A DNA stretch of 64,000 bases from Treponemataceae bacterium (GCA_963678065.2 CAXXVZ010000002.1:352001-416000); one strand, 5' to 3'. Numbered from the stretch's first letter, positions 25,271 to 34,799 are shown. Program-made: numbers and translations. Notes: a model not told the origin generated them from the letters alone.

Positions 25271-26959
25271 TCAGAATGCAGCTACTATCCCGTCGCGGCG
25301 AGGATCGGCGCCGCCGTACAAGAGGCCCGCATCGTAATCATACAGAACTGCATGTACGCCGCCGAAGTAGACATCCCAGTCGTTGCGGACAGTCACCGTG
25401 TGGCCCATCTTTTTGAGTGTCTCGTAGGAGTTTATGGAGAACCGGCCTTCCATGTTGAGGGAACCAGAGGCCATCTGGAAGAGACGCGGAGCAAAAATTG
25501 CCTGCTGGATCGGCATCTTGAAGTCGATGACGTTGGAAATAATCTGGGCGACCGTTGTAAATATTCGCGTCGCGCCCGGAGAGCCGACAGCCAGAAATGA
25601 CCTACCTTGGGGATCCAGAACCAGTGTCGGGCTCATGCTGGACAAGGGGCGTTTGCCGGCCTGCACCGAGTTGACCAAACCGGGTGTCGGCACGAAGTCG
25701 TCCATATGGTCGTTCATGATGATGCCTGTACCGGGAACCACTACACCGGAGCCGAAGGAGTAGTTGATCGACTTAGTAACAGCGACCATATTGCCCGCTT
25801 TGTCCATGACAGAAAAATGGGTGGTCGAACCTGATTCATATTTGCTGGGGTCTCCGGCGGTAGCACTCGGCATGGGCTTGTTCTGGTCGATTTTGGCTGC
25901 GAGCTCACTGGCATACGCCTTGGAGGTGAGTCCGGCGAGGGGAACCTTCACGAAGTCGGTGTCAGCCATGTACTTGGCGCGGTCCGCGAAGGTCATCTTC
26001 ATCGTCTCAGCCCAAAGATGGGCTGTGGCCGCGGTGCCTTCGCCGGACTTCTGGAGGTCGAAGTTTTCCATGATGTTGAGCATCTGGATAAGATGGGTGC
26101 CGCCCGAGGAGGCTGGGGGTACGGAGAGGATGGTGTAGCCGCGGTAGGTCCCCTTCACCGGTTCACGAATTTTCACCTGATAGTTGGCCAGATCGTCCAG
26201 CGTCAGTATGCCGCCGCGCTTCTGGACTTCGGAAACGATTGCCTTCGCGATATCGCCTTTATAAAACGCATCTTCGCCGCCCACGCCGATCAGCGCAAGC
26301 GTCTTGGCAAGGTCAAGGTTTGTGAAAGTGGCGCCAATTTCGTAAGGAAGCCCGTCGTCCAGGTAGATCGCCGCGCCATTCTCGTACTTCACCAGCTTGT
26401 CGAAATTATCCTTTATGAGCCCACCCAGGTTCGCCGTGACCGGGATGCCCGTCATTGCGCACTCGATTGCCGGTGCAACAATCTGCATACGGGAAAGTTT
26501 GCCTGAACCATACGTGTTAAAGGCATACAGCAGCCCCTTCACCTCTCCAGGCACGCCGATGGAGAGTCCGCCTTCGTAAGTAGACTTCGGGATAACCTTG
26601 CCGTCAGCGCCGAGATACATGGTGTCGTTGGCAGCCGCAGGAGCCGTCTCGCGGAAGTCGACCACTATGGCCTCTTTCATGTTCGCCATTTTGATAGTCA
26701 TGAATCCACCACCACCGACACCGGAAGAGTTGGGTTCCAGGACGCCGAGGGCAAAGGCTGTGGCGACAGCAGCGTCCACCGCATTCCCTCCTTTTTTCAG
26801 GATATCGACGCCGATCTGTGAAGCCTCAGGCTTTGCCGCGGAGACGACGCCATTGACGCCTTGGGCCGAACGGCCATAGATGTTGAGCGGAGCTTGTGCA
26901 GCAACCAGACTGATCGCTGCTACGAACAATACGACGACAGCAAAAATCTTTTTCATCAT
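25271..26959 (-). CDS. ggt: Gamma-glutamyltransferase, exported
   Basis: Signal peptide, GGNAVDAA, DFRE, STTHFS autocleavage Thr, RPLSSMSP, DPRR. Confidence 0.95.
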   Translation of the reverse strand: MMKKIFAVVVLFVAAISLVAAQAPLNIYGRSAQGVNGVVSAAKPEASQIGVDILKKGGNAVDAAVATAFALGVLEPNSSGVGGGGFMTIKMANMKEAIVVDFRETAPAAANDTMYLGADGKVIPKSTYEGGLSIGVPGEVKGLLYAFNTYGSGKLSRMQIVAPAIECAMTGIPVTANLGGLIKDNFDKLVKYENGAAIYLDDGLPYEIGATFTNLDLAKTLALIGVGGEDAFYKGDIAKAIVSEVQKRGGILTLDDLANYQVKIREPVKGTYRGYTILSVPPASSGGTHLIQMLNIMENFDLQKSGEGTAATAHLWAETMKMTFADRAKYMADTDFVKVPLAGLTSKAYASELAAKIDQNKPMPSATAGDPSKYESGSTTHFSVMDKAGNMVAVTKSINYSFGSGVVVPGTGIIMNDHMDDFVPTPGLVNSVQAGKRPLSSMSPTLVLDPQGRSFLAVGSPGATRIFTTVAQIISNVIDFKMPIQQAIFAPRLFQMASGSLNMEGRFSINSYETLKKMGHTVTVRNDWDVYFGGVHAVLYDYDAGLLYGGADPRRDGIVAAF

Positions 26960-27050
26960 GAATCCTCCAGATAATTAAAAATGTTATACTAAAAGATAAA
27001 AATCAGGATCTATTATATGGTTTATGTCACATGAAGTAAGAAGATTGAGG

Positions 27051-27233
27051 CTATCCGCTCCCTTCCCTTTCCGGCCTTTTGCCGCAGCACGACTGTTTTT
27101 CCCTCAGTTGATCTGAGCCAGTGGCCGACTGCTGCTCTTCTTCATGTACTTCTTCGATTTTGATGGTACAGCACCCTGAGTTTTTAACCTTGAAGATTTT
27201 CGAGAAAATCCCCTTTTTAGTTTCATTGGTCAT
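27051..27233 (-). CDS. Small protein with two Cys-Cys pairs
   Basis: 60 aa with GCC and SCCG motifs, AGGAGG RBS, last gene of the padR-permease unit. Confidence 0.7.
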   Translation of the reverse strand: MTNETKKGIFSKIFKVKNSGCCTIKIEEVHEEEQQSATGSDQLREKQSCCGKRPEREGSG

Positions 27234-27250
27234 CTTTATATACCTCCTTC

Positions 27251-28135
27251 TTACATGACAGTGAATATGAATCCGGCCGCTACGGCAGTCACAAACACGA
27301 TTCCTATGAAAACAATCACTAACCGCGCCTTGAAAATACTGGCGAGCATGCTCATCTCCGGTATGCTCATGCCGGCACCTCCGATAATGAGGGCGATGAC
27401 GGCTCCAAGACTCATTCCCTTTTGGGTCAGGGCGAGTGCGATGGGGATAACTGTCTCTGCCCGGACATACAATGGAATGCCAATAAGGGCAGCGACGGGA
27501 ATCGCCACAGGGTTCTGCGGACCGGCCAGACGAACAATGAAGTCGCCGGGGAGGTAGCCATAAATCGCTGCACCAATGGCCACACCGATAAGAAGGAATA
27601 CAAGTAAACTCAAAAAATCATCCCATGCTCCTTTGAATGCATGGCGGAGTTTCTTTGTGAACGTTGGAAGTTTTTCTTTTTCCTGTGCACCGCCGCTGAT
27701 TCGGACATTCTTTACATCTTTTGCTAATCCAAATTTTTCCAGTACGACCCCACAGATCATGGCGGCAATAAACGTCACCGAGCCATACACGACACAGGCT
27801 TTCGAGCCCAAGAGGACCCAGAACATTGTTAGGATGATTGGGTTCAAAAGCGGTGATGCGAGCACGAATGACATGGTCGCACCAAATGGAACTCCGGCCC
27901 GTAAGAGACCGACTGTCATCGGTATGGTGGAACAGGAACAGAAGGGTGTGACAGCGCCCAGCGCCGCACCCAGAAAATTTCCTAGAAGACCTCGTCTCGA
28001 AAGCCACTGCCAGAGCGTCTCATCCGATACATACTGCAATGCCAGACCTACCAGCGTGGAGATACCCAAGAACAGTACTGTCAATTCAGTCAGGATCAGG
28101 CCAAAAAACTTGACCGAAATCCACAGCGAATTCAT
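27251..28135 (-). CDS. ArsP/DUF318-family permease
   Basis: TPFCSCSTIP, SPLLNP, PLYVRAE, GMSIPE motifs. Confidence 0.9.
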   Translation of the reverse strand: MNSLWISVKFFGLILTELTVLFLGISTLVGLALQYVSDETLWQWLSRRGLLGNFLGAALGAVTPFCSCSTIPMTVGLLRAGVPFGATMSFVLASPLLNPIILTMFWVLLGSKACVVYGSVTFIAAMICGVVLEKFGLAKDVKNVRISGGAQEKEKLPTFTKKLRHAFKGAWDDFLSLLVFLLIGVAIGAAIYGYLPGDFIVRLAGPQNPVAIPVAALIGIPLYVRAETVIPIALALTQKGMSLGAVIALIIGGAGMSIPEMSMLASIFKARLVIVFIGIVFVTAVAAGFIFTVM

Positions 28136-28491
28136 GGAACCTCCTCGTTTCCGACGGCCCGGTTAATGCAACAAAGTCCCGCCTTCCATATTTCCTGACC
28201 TGCCTGGAATGCCTCCTGCCCCTTAGGTGTCAGGGCATAAACCTTGCGGGTTCGGCCATTGACGAGTTCCGGCTGGCAGGTGACACAGCCGCACTCCTGA
28301 AATTCCCGCAGTACCGGATAGATTGTTCCCTGGGTAGGCACGCAGAAACTGTCTGTCAGCTTGTCTACGCGGCGAATGATCTCGTACCCATGGGTTGGTC
28401 CGTCGCACAGCGCCCAAAGTATGAAAAACTTGCACAAACTGGCATTAAGGATGTCATTCCAATAGCTGTGCGATGTATAGTTTATTGCCAT
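28132..28491 (-). CDS. PadR-family transcriptional regulator
   Basis: HGYEI, GTIYPVL, RKVYALTPKG motifs; Cys-rich. Confidence 0.9.
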   Translation of the reverse strand: MAINYTSHSYWNDILNASLCKFFILWALCDGPTHGYEIIRRVDKLTDSFCVPTQGTIYPVLREFQECGCVTCQPELVNGRTRKVYALTPKGQEAFQAGQEIWKAGLCCINRAVGNEEVP

Positions 28492-28495
28492 GACT

Positions 28496-28541
28496 TATAC
28501 CTTGATGATCTAGGTATACATTGCTTTTCTGCTACTGTCAA
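28496..28541 (-). promoter_or_regulatory. padR promoter with palindromic operator
   Basis: TTGACA (28541-36), 17 bp, TATACC; inverted repeat TATACCT-N9-AGGTATA at 28496-28518. Confidence 0.65.
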
Positions 28542-28585
28542 TTTTTTTATCCACTCTTTGTACAGTTCATTCCTGCGCGAACTGC

Positions 28586-28626
28586 TTGACTCATTGAGTG
28601 ATTAATTATATCGTTGATTAACGATG
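28586..28626 (+). promoter_or_regulatory. arsR promoter/operator
   Basis: TTGACT, 17 bp, TATCGT; ATCGT-N6-ACGAT inverted repeat overlapping the -10 and the start codon. Confidence 0.6.
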
Positions 28627-28965
28627 AAAGAAAATACTGACGATTCATGTTTCTCATGTCTGAATTCCGCACCTGATCTCCGTCCCATCGAGGGATCGGA
28701 AGCCGATGAAGAACTTGCATCATATTCAAAAGCGATCGGACACTCCGCGCGCGTTCAGATACTGCGCCTTCTGGCTCGCACGAACTCATGTATCTGTGGC
28801 GACATTGTCGATAAATTGCCATTTGCCCAATCAACTGTTTCTCAGCACCTGAAGATTCTGAAAGAAACCGGACTGATTATCGGCGAAGTCGATGGACCGC
28901 GAGTCAATTATTGCATCAACCCGCACACACTCCGGCGCTTGAAGGCGCTTATCGGAGGACTGTAA
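28624..28965 (+). CDS. arsR: Arsenic-responsive ArsR repressor
   Basis: KAIGHx[24 protein letters not shown] motifs; directly upstream of arsD-arsA. Confidence 0.88.
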   Translation: MKENTDDSCFSCLNSAPDLRPIEGSEADEELASYSKAIGHSARVQILRLLARTNSCICGDIVDKLPFAQSTVSQHLKILKETGLIIGEVDGPRVNYCINPHTLRRLKALIGGL

Positions 28966-28980
28966 CAGAGTTCATGTATC

Positions 28981-29002
28981 ATTATATCGTCGAAAAACGA
29001 TA
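28981..29002 (+). promoter_or_regulatory. Second copy of the putative ArsR operator, before arsD
   Basis: ATTATATCGTCGAAAAACGATA matches ATTATATCGTTGATTAACGATG at 28605-28626. Confidence 0.6.
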
Positions 29003-29018
29003 TCTATAGGAGGATTTC

Positions 29019-29411
29019 ATGACTGCAATCCAGGTATTCGATCCTGCAATGTGTTGTTCCACCGGTATCTGCGGACCCTCCGTGGATCCGAAGCTTGTGC
29101 GCTTTGCCGCCGATCTTGATTGGGTGAAGGGCCAGGGAATATCCGTAGTCCGCTACAATCTTTCGCAGCAGCCCGGAGCGTTCACAGAGGATGTCGCGGT
29201 CAAGGTTGCCCTTCAGGCGCAAGGAGAGAAGGCTTTGCCGATCGTAAAGGTGAACGACGAAATCAAATGCAGCGGTTCGTATCCATCTCGCGTTGAACTC
29301 GCCGCCTGGGTTGGCATCGAAGCCCGGGCTGTACGGTTTACCCCCGTAGTTTGCTGTGATCCTTCGGCGAAGGAAGGAGATCCTTCTACAAAACGCGGAA
29401 AGTGCTGCTGA
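29019..29411 (+). CDS. arsD: Arsenite metallochaperone ArsD
   Basis: FDPAMCCSTGICG, RYNL, YPSR motifs; C-terminal CC pairs. Confidence 0.95.
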   Translation: MTAIQVFDPAMCCSTGICGPSVDPKLVRFAADLDWVKGQGISVVRYNLSQQPGAFTEDVAVKVALQAQGEKALPIVKVNDEIKCSGSYPSRVELAAWVGIEARAVRFTPVVCCDPSAKEGDPSTKRGKCC

Positions 29412-29424
29412 ATTGGAGATATGC

Positions 29425-31128
29425 ATGTCATTACTTTCAGGTAATTCCACACGAATCTTTTTTTTCACCGGCAAGGGAGGCGTGGGGAAAACCTCAGCCG
29501 CCTGTGCCACGGCCATTGCCTTCGCGGATGCCGGCAAACAGGTGCTCCTTGTCTCGACCGATCCGGCGTCGAATCTCGACGAAGTCCTCGGCACGAGTCT
29601 GGAATCGAAGCCGAAAGCCATTCCCTCTGTGCCCGGTCTTTTTGCGCTCAACATAGACCCTGAAAAGGCGGCTCATGCGTATCGGGAGCGTGTTGTCGCT
29701 CCATACCGTGGCATTCTGCCTGATGCCGCCGTGGCGAGCATCGAGGAACAGCTCTCCGGTGCCTGTACGATGGAGATCGCCGCCTTTGATGAGTTTTCCA
29801 AACTTCTTGGCGATGCCGACGCCACCGGGGAATTCGACCACGTTATTTTTGATACCGCTCCGACCGGTCATACCCTAAGGCTTCTGGAACTGCCGGCTGC
29901 CTGGTCCGCCTTTATAGAAACCAATGTCGGCGGCACCTCCTGTCTCGGTCCATTGTCGGGGCTAAAAGCCCAGCAGGCGCTCTACGCGGCGTCGAATGCC
30001 GCCTTGCGGGATCCTGGGCAAACCACGCTGGTCCTGGTGGTCCGCCCCGATCGCCCCTCCCTCACCGAGGCAGAACGTACACGGAATGAATTGGCTCAGC
30101 TTGGCATCAGAAACCTGCAGCTCATCATTAACGGCATCTTCCATGCAGCCGGCAACGATGATGCAGTCGCGAGCGAGCTGGAATCCCGCGGTCTCGCCGC
30201 AATCGGCGCCATGCCCTCAGGACTCGCCATTTTGCCCCACGTCGACATTGCGCTGCTGCCGTTCGGGCTTGTCGGAATCGACGCACTCAGGAAGATGGGA
30301 TCGAAGGATGTCGTACAGACAACGCCTGTTCCTGCACCGGAACAGACTTTAAAAGGAGAGAGCCTGGATTCTCTCGTGGCGCAGATCACCTCGCGCGGGA
30401 AAGGTGTGGTGATGACGATGGGCAAGGGCGGTGTCGGTAAAACAACTATCGCCGCACGCATTGCAATGAAGCTCGCGCATGCGGGATATCAGGTGACATT
30501 GACGACGACAGATCCCGCCGCCCATGTCGAAGCAGCTGTTCTCGAGCGGCTGCCAAACTTGTTAATTACTCGGATCGACCCCGCGCTGGAGACACGCCGC
30601 TATTCGGAGGAAGTCCTTGCGACTGCGGGAGAGGGACTCGATGCCCAGGGCCGGGCTCTTCTCGAAGAAGACTTGCGATCTCCCTGTACCGAGGAAATCG
30701 CCGTATTCCGGGCTTTTGCTGAGACGGTAGCCGGCGGCGAAGACCGGTTTGTCATCATCGACACAGCGCCTACCGGACATACGCTACTCCTGCTCGACGC
30801 GGCGGAGGCGTATCACCGCGAGGTGCTCCGCAAGGCGGGAGGCAGCCCCGAAGCTGTGCAACGGCTTCTGCCGAGATTGCGCGACCCGAATTACACGCAG
30901 ATCCTGCTCATCACCTTGCCGGAAGCGACTCCAATCCACGAAGCGATGCAACTCGAACGGGACCTTGCGCGCGCCGGCATCAAACCCTTTGCCTGGGTGA
31001 TCAACCAAAGCCTGACTCCCCTCGCGGTACGAGATCCGGTGCTTCGCTCCCGCCGCGCCGGGGAAGCCATATATATAGAAGAGATTGTGGGGCATGCCGG
31101 GCGCATCATTCTGGAGCCGTGGAGATGA
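29425..31128 (+). CDS. arsA: Arsenical pump-driving ATPase ArsA
   Basis: Two GKGGVGKT and two DTAPTGHT motifs; metalloid-binding Cys in GACT, SCLG and SPCT. Confidence 0.95.
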   Translation: MSLLSGNSTRIFFFTGKGGVGKTSAACATAIAFADAGKQVLLVSTDPASNLDEVLGTSLESKPKAIPSVPGLFALNIDPEKAAHAYRERVVAPYRGILPDAAVASIEEQLSGACTMEIAAFDEFSKLLGDADATGEFDHVIFDTAPTGHTLRLLELPAAWSAFIETNVGGTSCLGPLSGLKAQQALYAASNAALRDPGQTTLVLVVRPDRPSLTEAERTRNELAQLGIRNLQLIINGIFHAAGNDDAVASELESRGLAAIGAMPSGLAILPHVDIALLPFGLVGIDALRKMGSKDVVQTTPVPAPEQTLKGESLDSLVAQITSRGKGVVMTMGKGGVGKTTIAARIAMKLAHAGYQVTLTTTDPAAHVEAAVLERLPNLLITRIDPALETRRYSEEVLATAGEGLDAQGRALLEEDLRSPCTEEIAVFRAFAETVAGGEDRFVIIDTAPTGHTLLLLDAAEAYHREVLRKAGGSPEAVQRLLPRLRDPNYTQILLITLPEATPIHEAMQLERDLARAGIKPFAWVINQSLTPLAVRDPVLRSRRAGEAIYIEEIVGHAGRIILEPWR

Positions 31129-31173
31129 GCTATGACCCCAGGTTTCATCAGGTGAGCTAAAAAACCGGAAATA

Positions 31174-31476
31174 TCAGAGGTCTTCCTTATCCTTGAGATC
31201 GGATTCGATGCATTCGATAAAATGGTTGATGCAGGTACAGTTGAGCTCATAGTCGCTGTGTTGGCCCCGGCGATGATTCCGGACAATCCCTGCCTTTTTC
31301 AGAACGGTGAGGTGCTTCGAGACTGTCGTGATGTCCACCCCAATGACCTGCGTGAGTTCGCTCACATCATAGGGACGGGCAGCAAGAAGCTCGACAATCA
31401 GAAGCCGTGAGGGATGGGCGAGGGATTTGAGGAGTCTGGCTCTGCGCTCGACTCGTTCCTTCTGTTCGGAATCCAT
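31174..31476 (-). CDS. ArsR-family regulator, divergent from acr3
   Basis: LKSLAHPSRL and TVSKHLTVLK motifs; C-terminal CTC and a further Cys. Confidence 0.88.
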   Translation of the reverse strand: MDSEQKERVERRARLLKSLAHPSRLLIVELLAARPYDVSELTQVIGVDITTVSKHLTVLKKAGIVRNHRRGQHSDYELNCTCINHFIECIESDLKDKEDL

Positions 31477-31500
31477 TCCAACGCTCCTTGTATAAATAAT

Positions 31501-31553
31501 TATTGGCAAAAAGACCAATAATGCTTGACATATTTGGCTGACTTGCCAATAAT
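31501..31553 (+). promoter_or_regulatory. acr3 promoter with two TTGG-N8-CCAA boxes
   Basis: TTGACA (31525-30), 17 bp, AATAAT; boxes at 31503-31518 and 31534-31549. Confidence 0.65.
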
Positions 31554-31605
31554 TTACGTCGTTCTGCAAACCCTGTCAATATGACAGGAATTCCGTGGAG
31601 GTTGT

Positions 31606-32673
31606 ATGAAAGACGAATCGACTGCCTCGATCGGTTTTTTCCAGAAGTACCTGTCGTTATGGGTTGCGCTGTGCATCGCTGCCGGAGTCGCGATCGGCTA
31701 CTTCATCCCCGGGATTCCCGCCTTCCTCGGACAATTCGAATATGCCAGGGTTTCGGTCCCCGTCGCCATCCTCATCTGGCTCATGATTTACCCGATGATG
31801 CTCAAGGTCGATTTCGCGAGCATCAAGAACGCAGGCAAGAATCCGAAGGGACTCATCATCACCCTCGTCGTGAATTGGCTCATCAAACCATTTACCATGT
31901 ATCTCATCGCATGGTTCTTCCTCAAGGTAGTATTCAAGGCACTCATTCCCGAATCCACCGCCACCGAATACATAGCGGGCGCGGTATTGCTCGGTGCCGC
32001 TCCCTGTACGGCGATGGTTTTCGTCTGGTCGTACCTCTCCGGCGGAGATGCAGGGTATACCGTCGTTCAGGTTGCGGTAAATGATCTTGTCATCCTCGTC
32101 GCCTTTGCCCCGATTGTCGCATTCCTTCTCAAGGTGGGGAACGTGAGCGTTCCGATGGATACGCTCCTCCTCTCGGTAGTCCTCTTTGTCGTGATTCCTC
32201 TCGGACTCGGCGCGATTACCCGGACTTCTCTGATCAAGCGTCGCGGAAAAGAGTGGTTCGACAGCGTGTTCGTCAAGAAATTCGACGGGATCACCGAGGC
32301 GGGGCTGCTCCTCACACTCGTCATCTTGTTCTCTTTTCAGGGGAAAACCATCCTTCAGAATCCTCTCGCCATCCTTCTTATTGCCGTGCCTCTCGTCATC
32401 CAGACCTATCTGATTTTTGCCATTGGATATGGCTGGGCAAAGCTGTGGAAGGTGCCGTATGAAATCGCTGCCCCCGCCGGCATGATCGGCGCCTCGAACT
32501 TCTTTGAACTTTCGGTGGCCGTGGCGATCAGTCTGTTCGGACTTACGTCCGGCGCGGCGCTTGCCACTGTGGTAGGTGTTCTTACGGAAGTCCCGGTCAT
32601 GCTTTCGCTCGTGCGCATCGCGAAGGCTACACGGAGCAGTTTCCCCAAGGCGGTTCCGGTCAGATCCAGATAG
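31606..32673 (+). CDS. acr3: Acr3-family arsenite efflux transporter
   Basis: MIYPMM, NWLIKPF, APCTAMVFVW, ASNFFEL, EVPVML motifs. Confidence 0.95.
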   Translation: MKDESTASIGFFQKYLSLWVALCIAAGVAIGYFIPGIPAFLGQFEYARVSVPVAILIWLMIYPMMLKVDFASIKNAGKNPKGLIITLVVNWLIKPFTMYLIAWFFLKVVFKALIPESTATEYIAGAVLLGAAPCTAMVFVWSYLSGGDAGYTVVQVAVNDLVILVAFAPIVAFLLKVGNVSVPMDTLLLSVVLFVVIPLGLGAITRTSLIKRRGKEWFDSVFVKKFDGITEAGLLLTLVILFSFQGKTILQNPLAILLIAVPLVIQTYLIFAIGYGWAKLWKVPYEIAAPAGMIGASNFFELSVAVAISLFGLTSGAALATVVGVLTEVPVMLSLVRIAKATRSSFPKAVPVRSR

Positions 32674-32744
32674 GCAGGCCCATGCCGGCTCCGGAGCATA
32701 CCAGAAATCAGGGGATCTTTGGCACGGGAAAGAGGAGGTTGATG

Positions 32745-33218
32745 ATGTTGAACATTGACTTTTCAATTTTCACCGGAGCGGGATTCCGCATAAATGGAAT
32801 CCTGCATGTAAGTCCATTCGAGGCTTACGCCTGCAGCGCCCGCGGTGCGGTGATCGTGGACCTGAGGGAACCATATGAAACCAATTTTCGCGTCTTCGAT
32901 GTTGGAAACGTGATCTATCTCCCAATGAGTGAATTCCGATCCGGCTTCAGCAATCTTCCCCAGGATAAGGCACTTATCCTGGCCGATGCCGTTGGCCTGC
33001 GCAGCAAGGAAGCCATCCTGATTCTTCTCGACTTCGGGTATACAAATCTGGCAAACCTGAACGGGGGCATGGTGGACTGGGATACAGGCGGCCTGCCTGT
33101 ATGCAGGGACATCGCGTATGAACTCAATGGTCAATGCGCCTGCAAATTGAGGGCCCGAAAGGGCTCCAATCCGCTCAAAGACAAACATGAAAGTCCGTCA
33201 CACGAGGTAAACACATGA
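32745..33218 (+). CDS. Rhodanese-like domain protein, active-site Cys replaced by Asp
   Basis: IVDLRE, DAVGLRS (cf. CxxGxRS), [10 protein letters not shown]-terminal CAC; GAGGAGG RBS. Confidence 0.8.
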   Translation: MLNIDFSIFTGAGFRINGILHVSPFEAYACSARGAVIVDLREPYETNFRVFDVGNVIYLPMSEFRSGFSNLPQDKALILADAVGLRSKEAILILLDFGYTNLANLNGGMVDWDTGGLPVCRDIAYELNGQCACKLRARKGSNPLKDKHESPSHEVNT

Positions 33219-33640
33219 TCAAAGTCCTGTTTCTGTGTGTCCACAATTCTGCTCGGAGCCAGATGGCAGAAGCTTTTCTCAAGAAGTTGGGAGGGAATCG
33301 CTTCGAAGTGGAGAGCGCAGGGCTCGAGCCCGGGAAGCTCAATCCGTATGTTGTCCGTGTCCTCGCTGAATCGGGAATCGACATTTCAGGCAATCAGACG
33401 AAGAGCGTTTTCGATTTTTCCCGTTCGGGGCGAGCGTACGATTATGTGATTACCGTCTGCTCGAAGGAGGCTGCGGAACGGTGCCCGATTTTCCCCGGTG
33501 CAGCAAAAAAACTGCACTGGTCTTTCGCCGATCCCTCTGTGTTTGCCGGAAGCGACGAAGAGATCATGGCGCAGGTGCGCGTGGTGAGGGATGAAATCAA
33601 GGCTGCTGTGGAGGAATTCTGTCATCCATACGGGTATTGA
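33215..33640 (+). CDS. arsC: Arsenate reductase ArsC (LMW-PTPase fold, thioredoxin-coupled)
   Basis: CVHNSARS P-loop, TVC, CP, DP motifs. Confidence 0.93.
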   Translation: MIKVLFLCVHNSARSQMAEAFLKKLGGNRFEVESAGLEPGKLNPYVVRVLAESGIDISGNQTKSVFDFSRSGRAYDYVITVCSKEAAERCPIFPGAAKKLHWSFADPSVFAGSDEEIMAQVRVVRDEIKAAVEEFCHPYGY

Positions 33641-33675
33641 TCACAAATAAGGTGGCGGATGCACCGGATTGGCAA
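33332..33675 (+). repeat. 344-bp direct repeat, copy 1 (3' part of arsC plus 35 bp downstream)
   Basis: Matches 34425-34768 except for two substitutions found by eye. Confidence 0.92.
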
Positions 33676-33696
33676 AATGGCACAAGGAGGTAGTTC

Positions 33697-34371
33697 ATGG
33701 CGGTAATTACGATTTCGCGTGAGGCGGGTTGCAGTGGAAGTCAGATAGCAGAAAAAACCGCACGATTGCTCGGGTATCATCTGGCGGACCAGGAAACGTT
33801 CAGGGCTATACTTGACCAGTACGGGTTCGTCCAATTCAGGGAATTCAATGCTACTCCTCCCACATTCTGGTCACGGTTTGATGACCAGGCGAGCACGATG
33901 ATCTCTATAGTGAGCAAGGTAACCCTCGCGCTGGCTCAGCACGGAAATATTGTGATCCTTGGTCGATGCGGCTACTCTGTCCTTTCCGGATATAGCGATG
34001 TATTGAATGTTCGCATTCAGGCACCTTTCCGGTACCGGGTAATGAAATACATGGAACAACGAGGGATAGCCGAATATGAGGAGGCCGAAAAAGCCATAAC
34101 GGACGGTGACAAGCTCCGAATATCCTACGTCGAAGCATTTTGTAAAACAAAATGGGACTCCGCCAAAGCTTTCGATCTCGTACTGGACGAGAGCAAAATT
34201 CCCGAAGAAATGGCAGTAAATTGGATACTCGAAACAACAAAGAAAATTGTTTCGGATAAAGGCAAAAAAGAACCTTTGATCTCATCGGTCAACATCGACT
34301 CGGTAATGCAGTCAGCTGTCTGCGAAGTTCTGAAGTGCAGGGATCGTGGACATAAAGCTACTTTGCAATGA
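33697..34371 (+). CDS. Cytidylate kinase-like family protein
   Basis: ITISRExGxxGxxIA, VILGR, FDLVL motifs; AGGAGG RBS. Confidence 0.85.
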   Translation: MAVITISREAGCSGSQIAEKTARLLGYHLADQETFRAILDQYGFVQFREFNATPPTFWSRFDDQASTMISIVSKVTLALAQHGNIVILGRCGYSVLSGYSDVLNVRIQAPFRYRVMKYMEQRGIAEYEEAEKAITDGDKLRISYVEAFCKTKWDSAKAFDLVLDESKIPEEMAVNWILETTKKIVSDKGKKEPLISSVNIDSVMQSAVCEVLKCRDRGHKATLQ

Positions 34372-34424
34372 TCCGCGGCCATAACGAGGTATATGTTGAC
34401 TGGAATGCACACATTTTTCACGCT

Positions 34425-34768
34425 GGGAAGCTCAATCCGTATGTTGTCCGTGTCCTCGCTGAATCGGGAATCGACATTTCAGGCAATCAGACGAAGAGCG
34501 TTTTCGATTTTTCCCGTTCGGGGCGAGCGTACGATTATGTGATTACCGTCTGCTCGAAGGAGGCTGCGGAACGGTGCCCGATTTCCCCCGGTGCAGCAAA
34601 AAAACTACACTGGTCTTTCGCCGATCCCTCTGTGTTTGCCGGAAGCGACGAAGAGATCATGGCGCAGGTGCGCGTGGTGAGGGATGAAATCAAGGCTGCT
34701 GTGGAGGAATTCTGTCATCCATACGGGTATTGATCACAAATAAGGTGGCGGATGCACCGGATTGGCAA
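34425..34768 (+). repeat. 344-bp direct repeat, copy 2 (5'-truncated arsC lacking the catalytic P-loop)
   Basis: ORF 34368-34733 matches ArsC from GKLNPY onward (one F-to-S change) behind an unrelated N-terminus. Confidence 0.92.
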
Positions 34769-34799
34769 GCTGGCTCGTGGAGGCACTTCACGACAATAG

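Noticed and set aside
31100..31160. ArsA C-terminus looks slightly shorter than typical
   Set aside because: Both nucleotide-binding domains and the metal-binding Cys residues are intact; terminal length varies, so a pseudogene call is not supported
19789..33640. Possible selenocysteine (TGA) read-through in the redox and ars genes
   Set aside because: All catalytic positions are ordinary Cys codons and the TGA stops fall at expected protein ends
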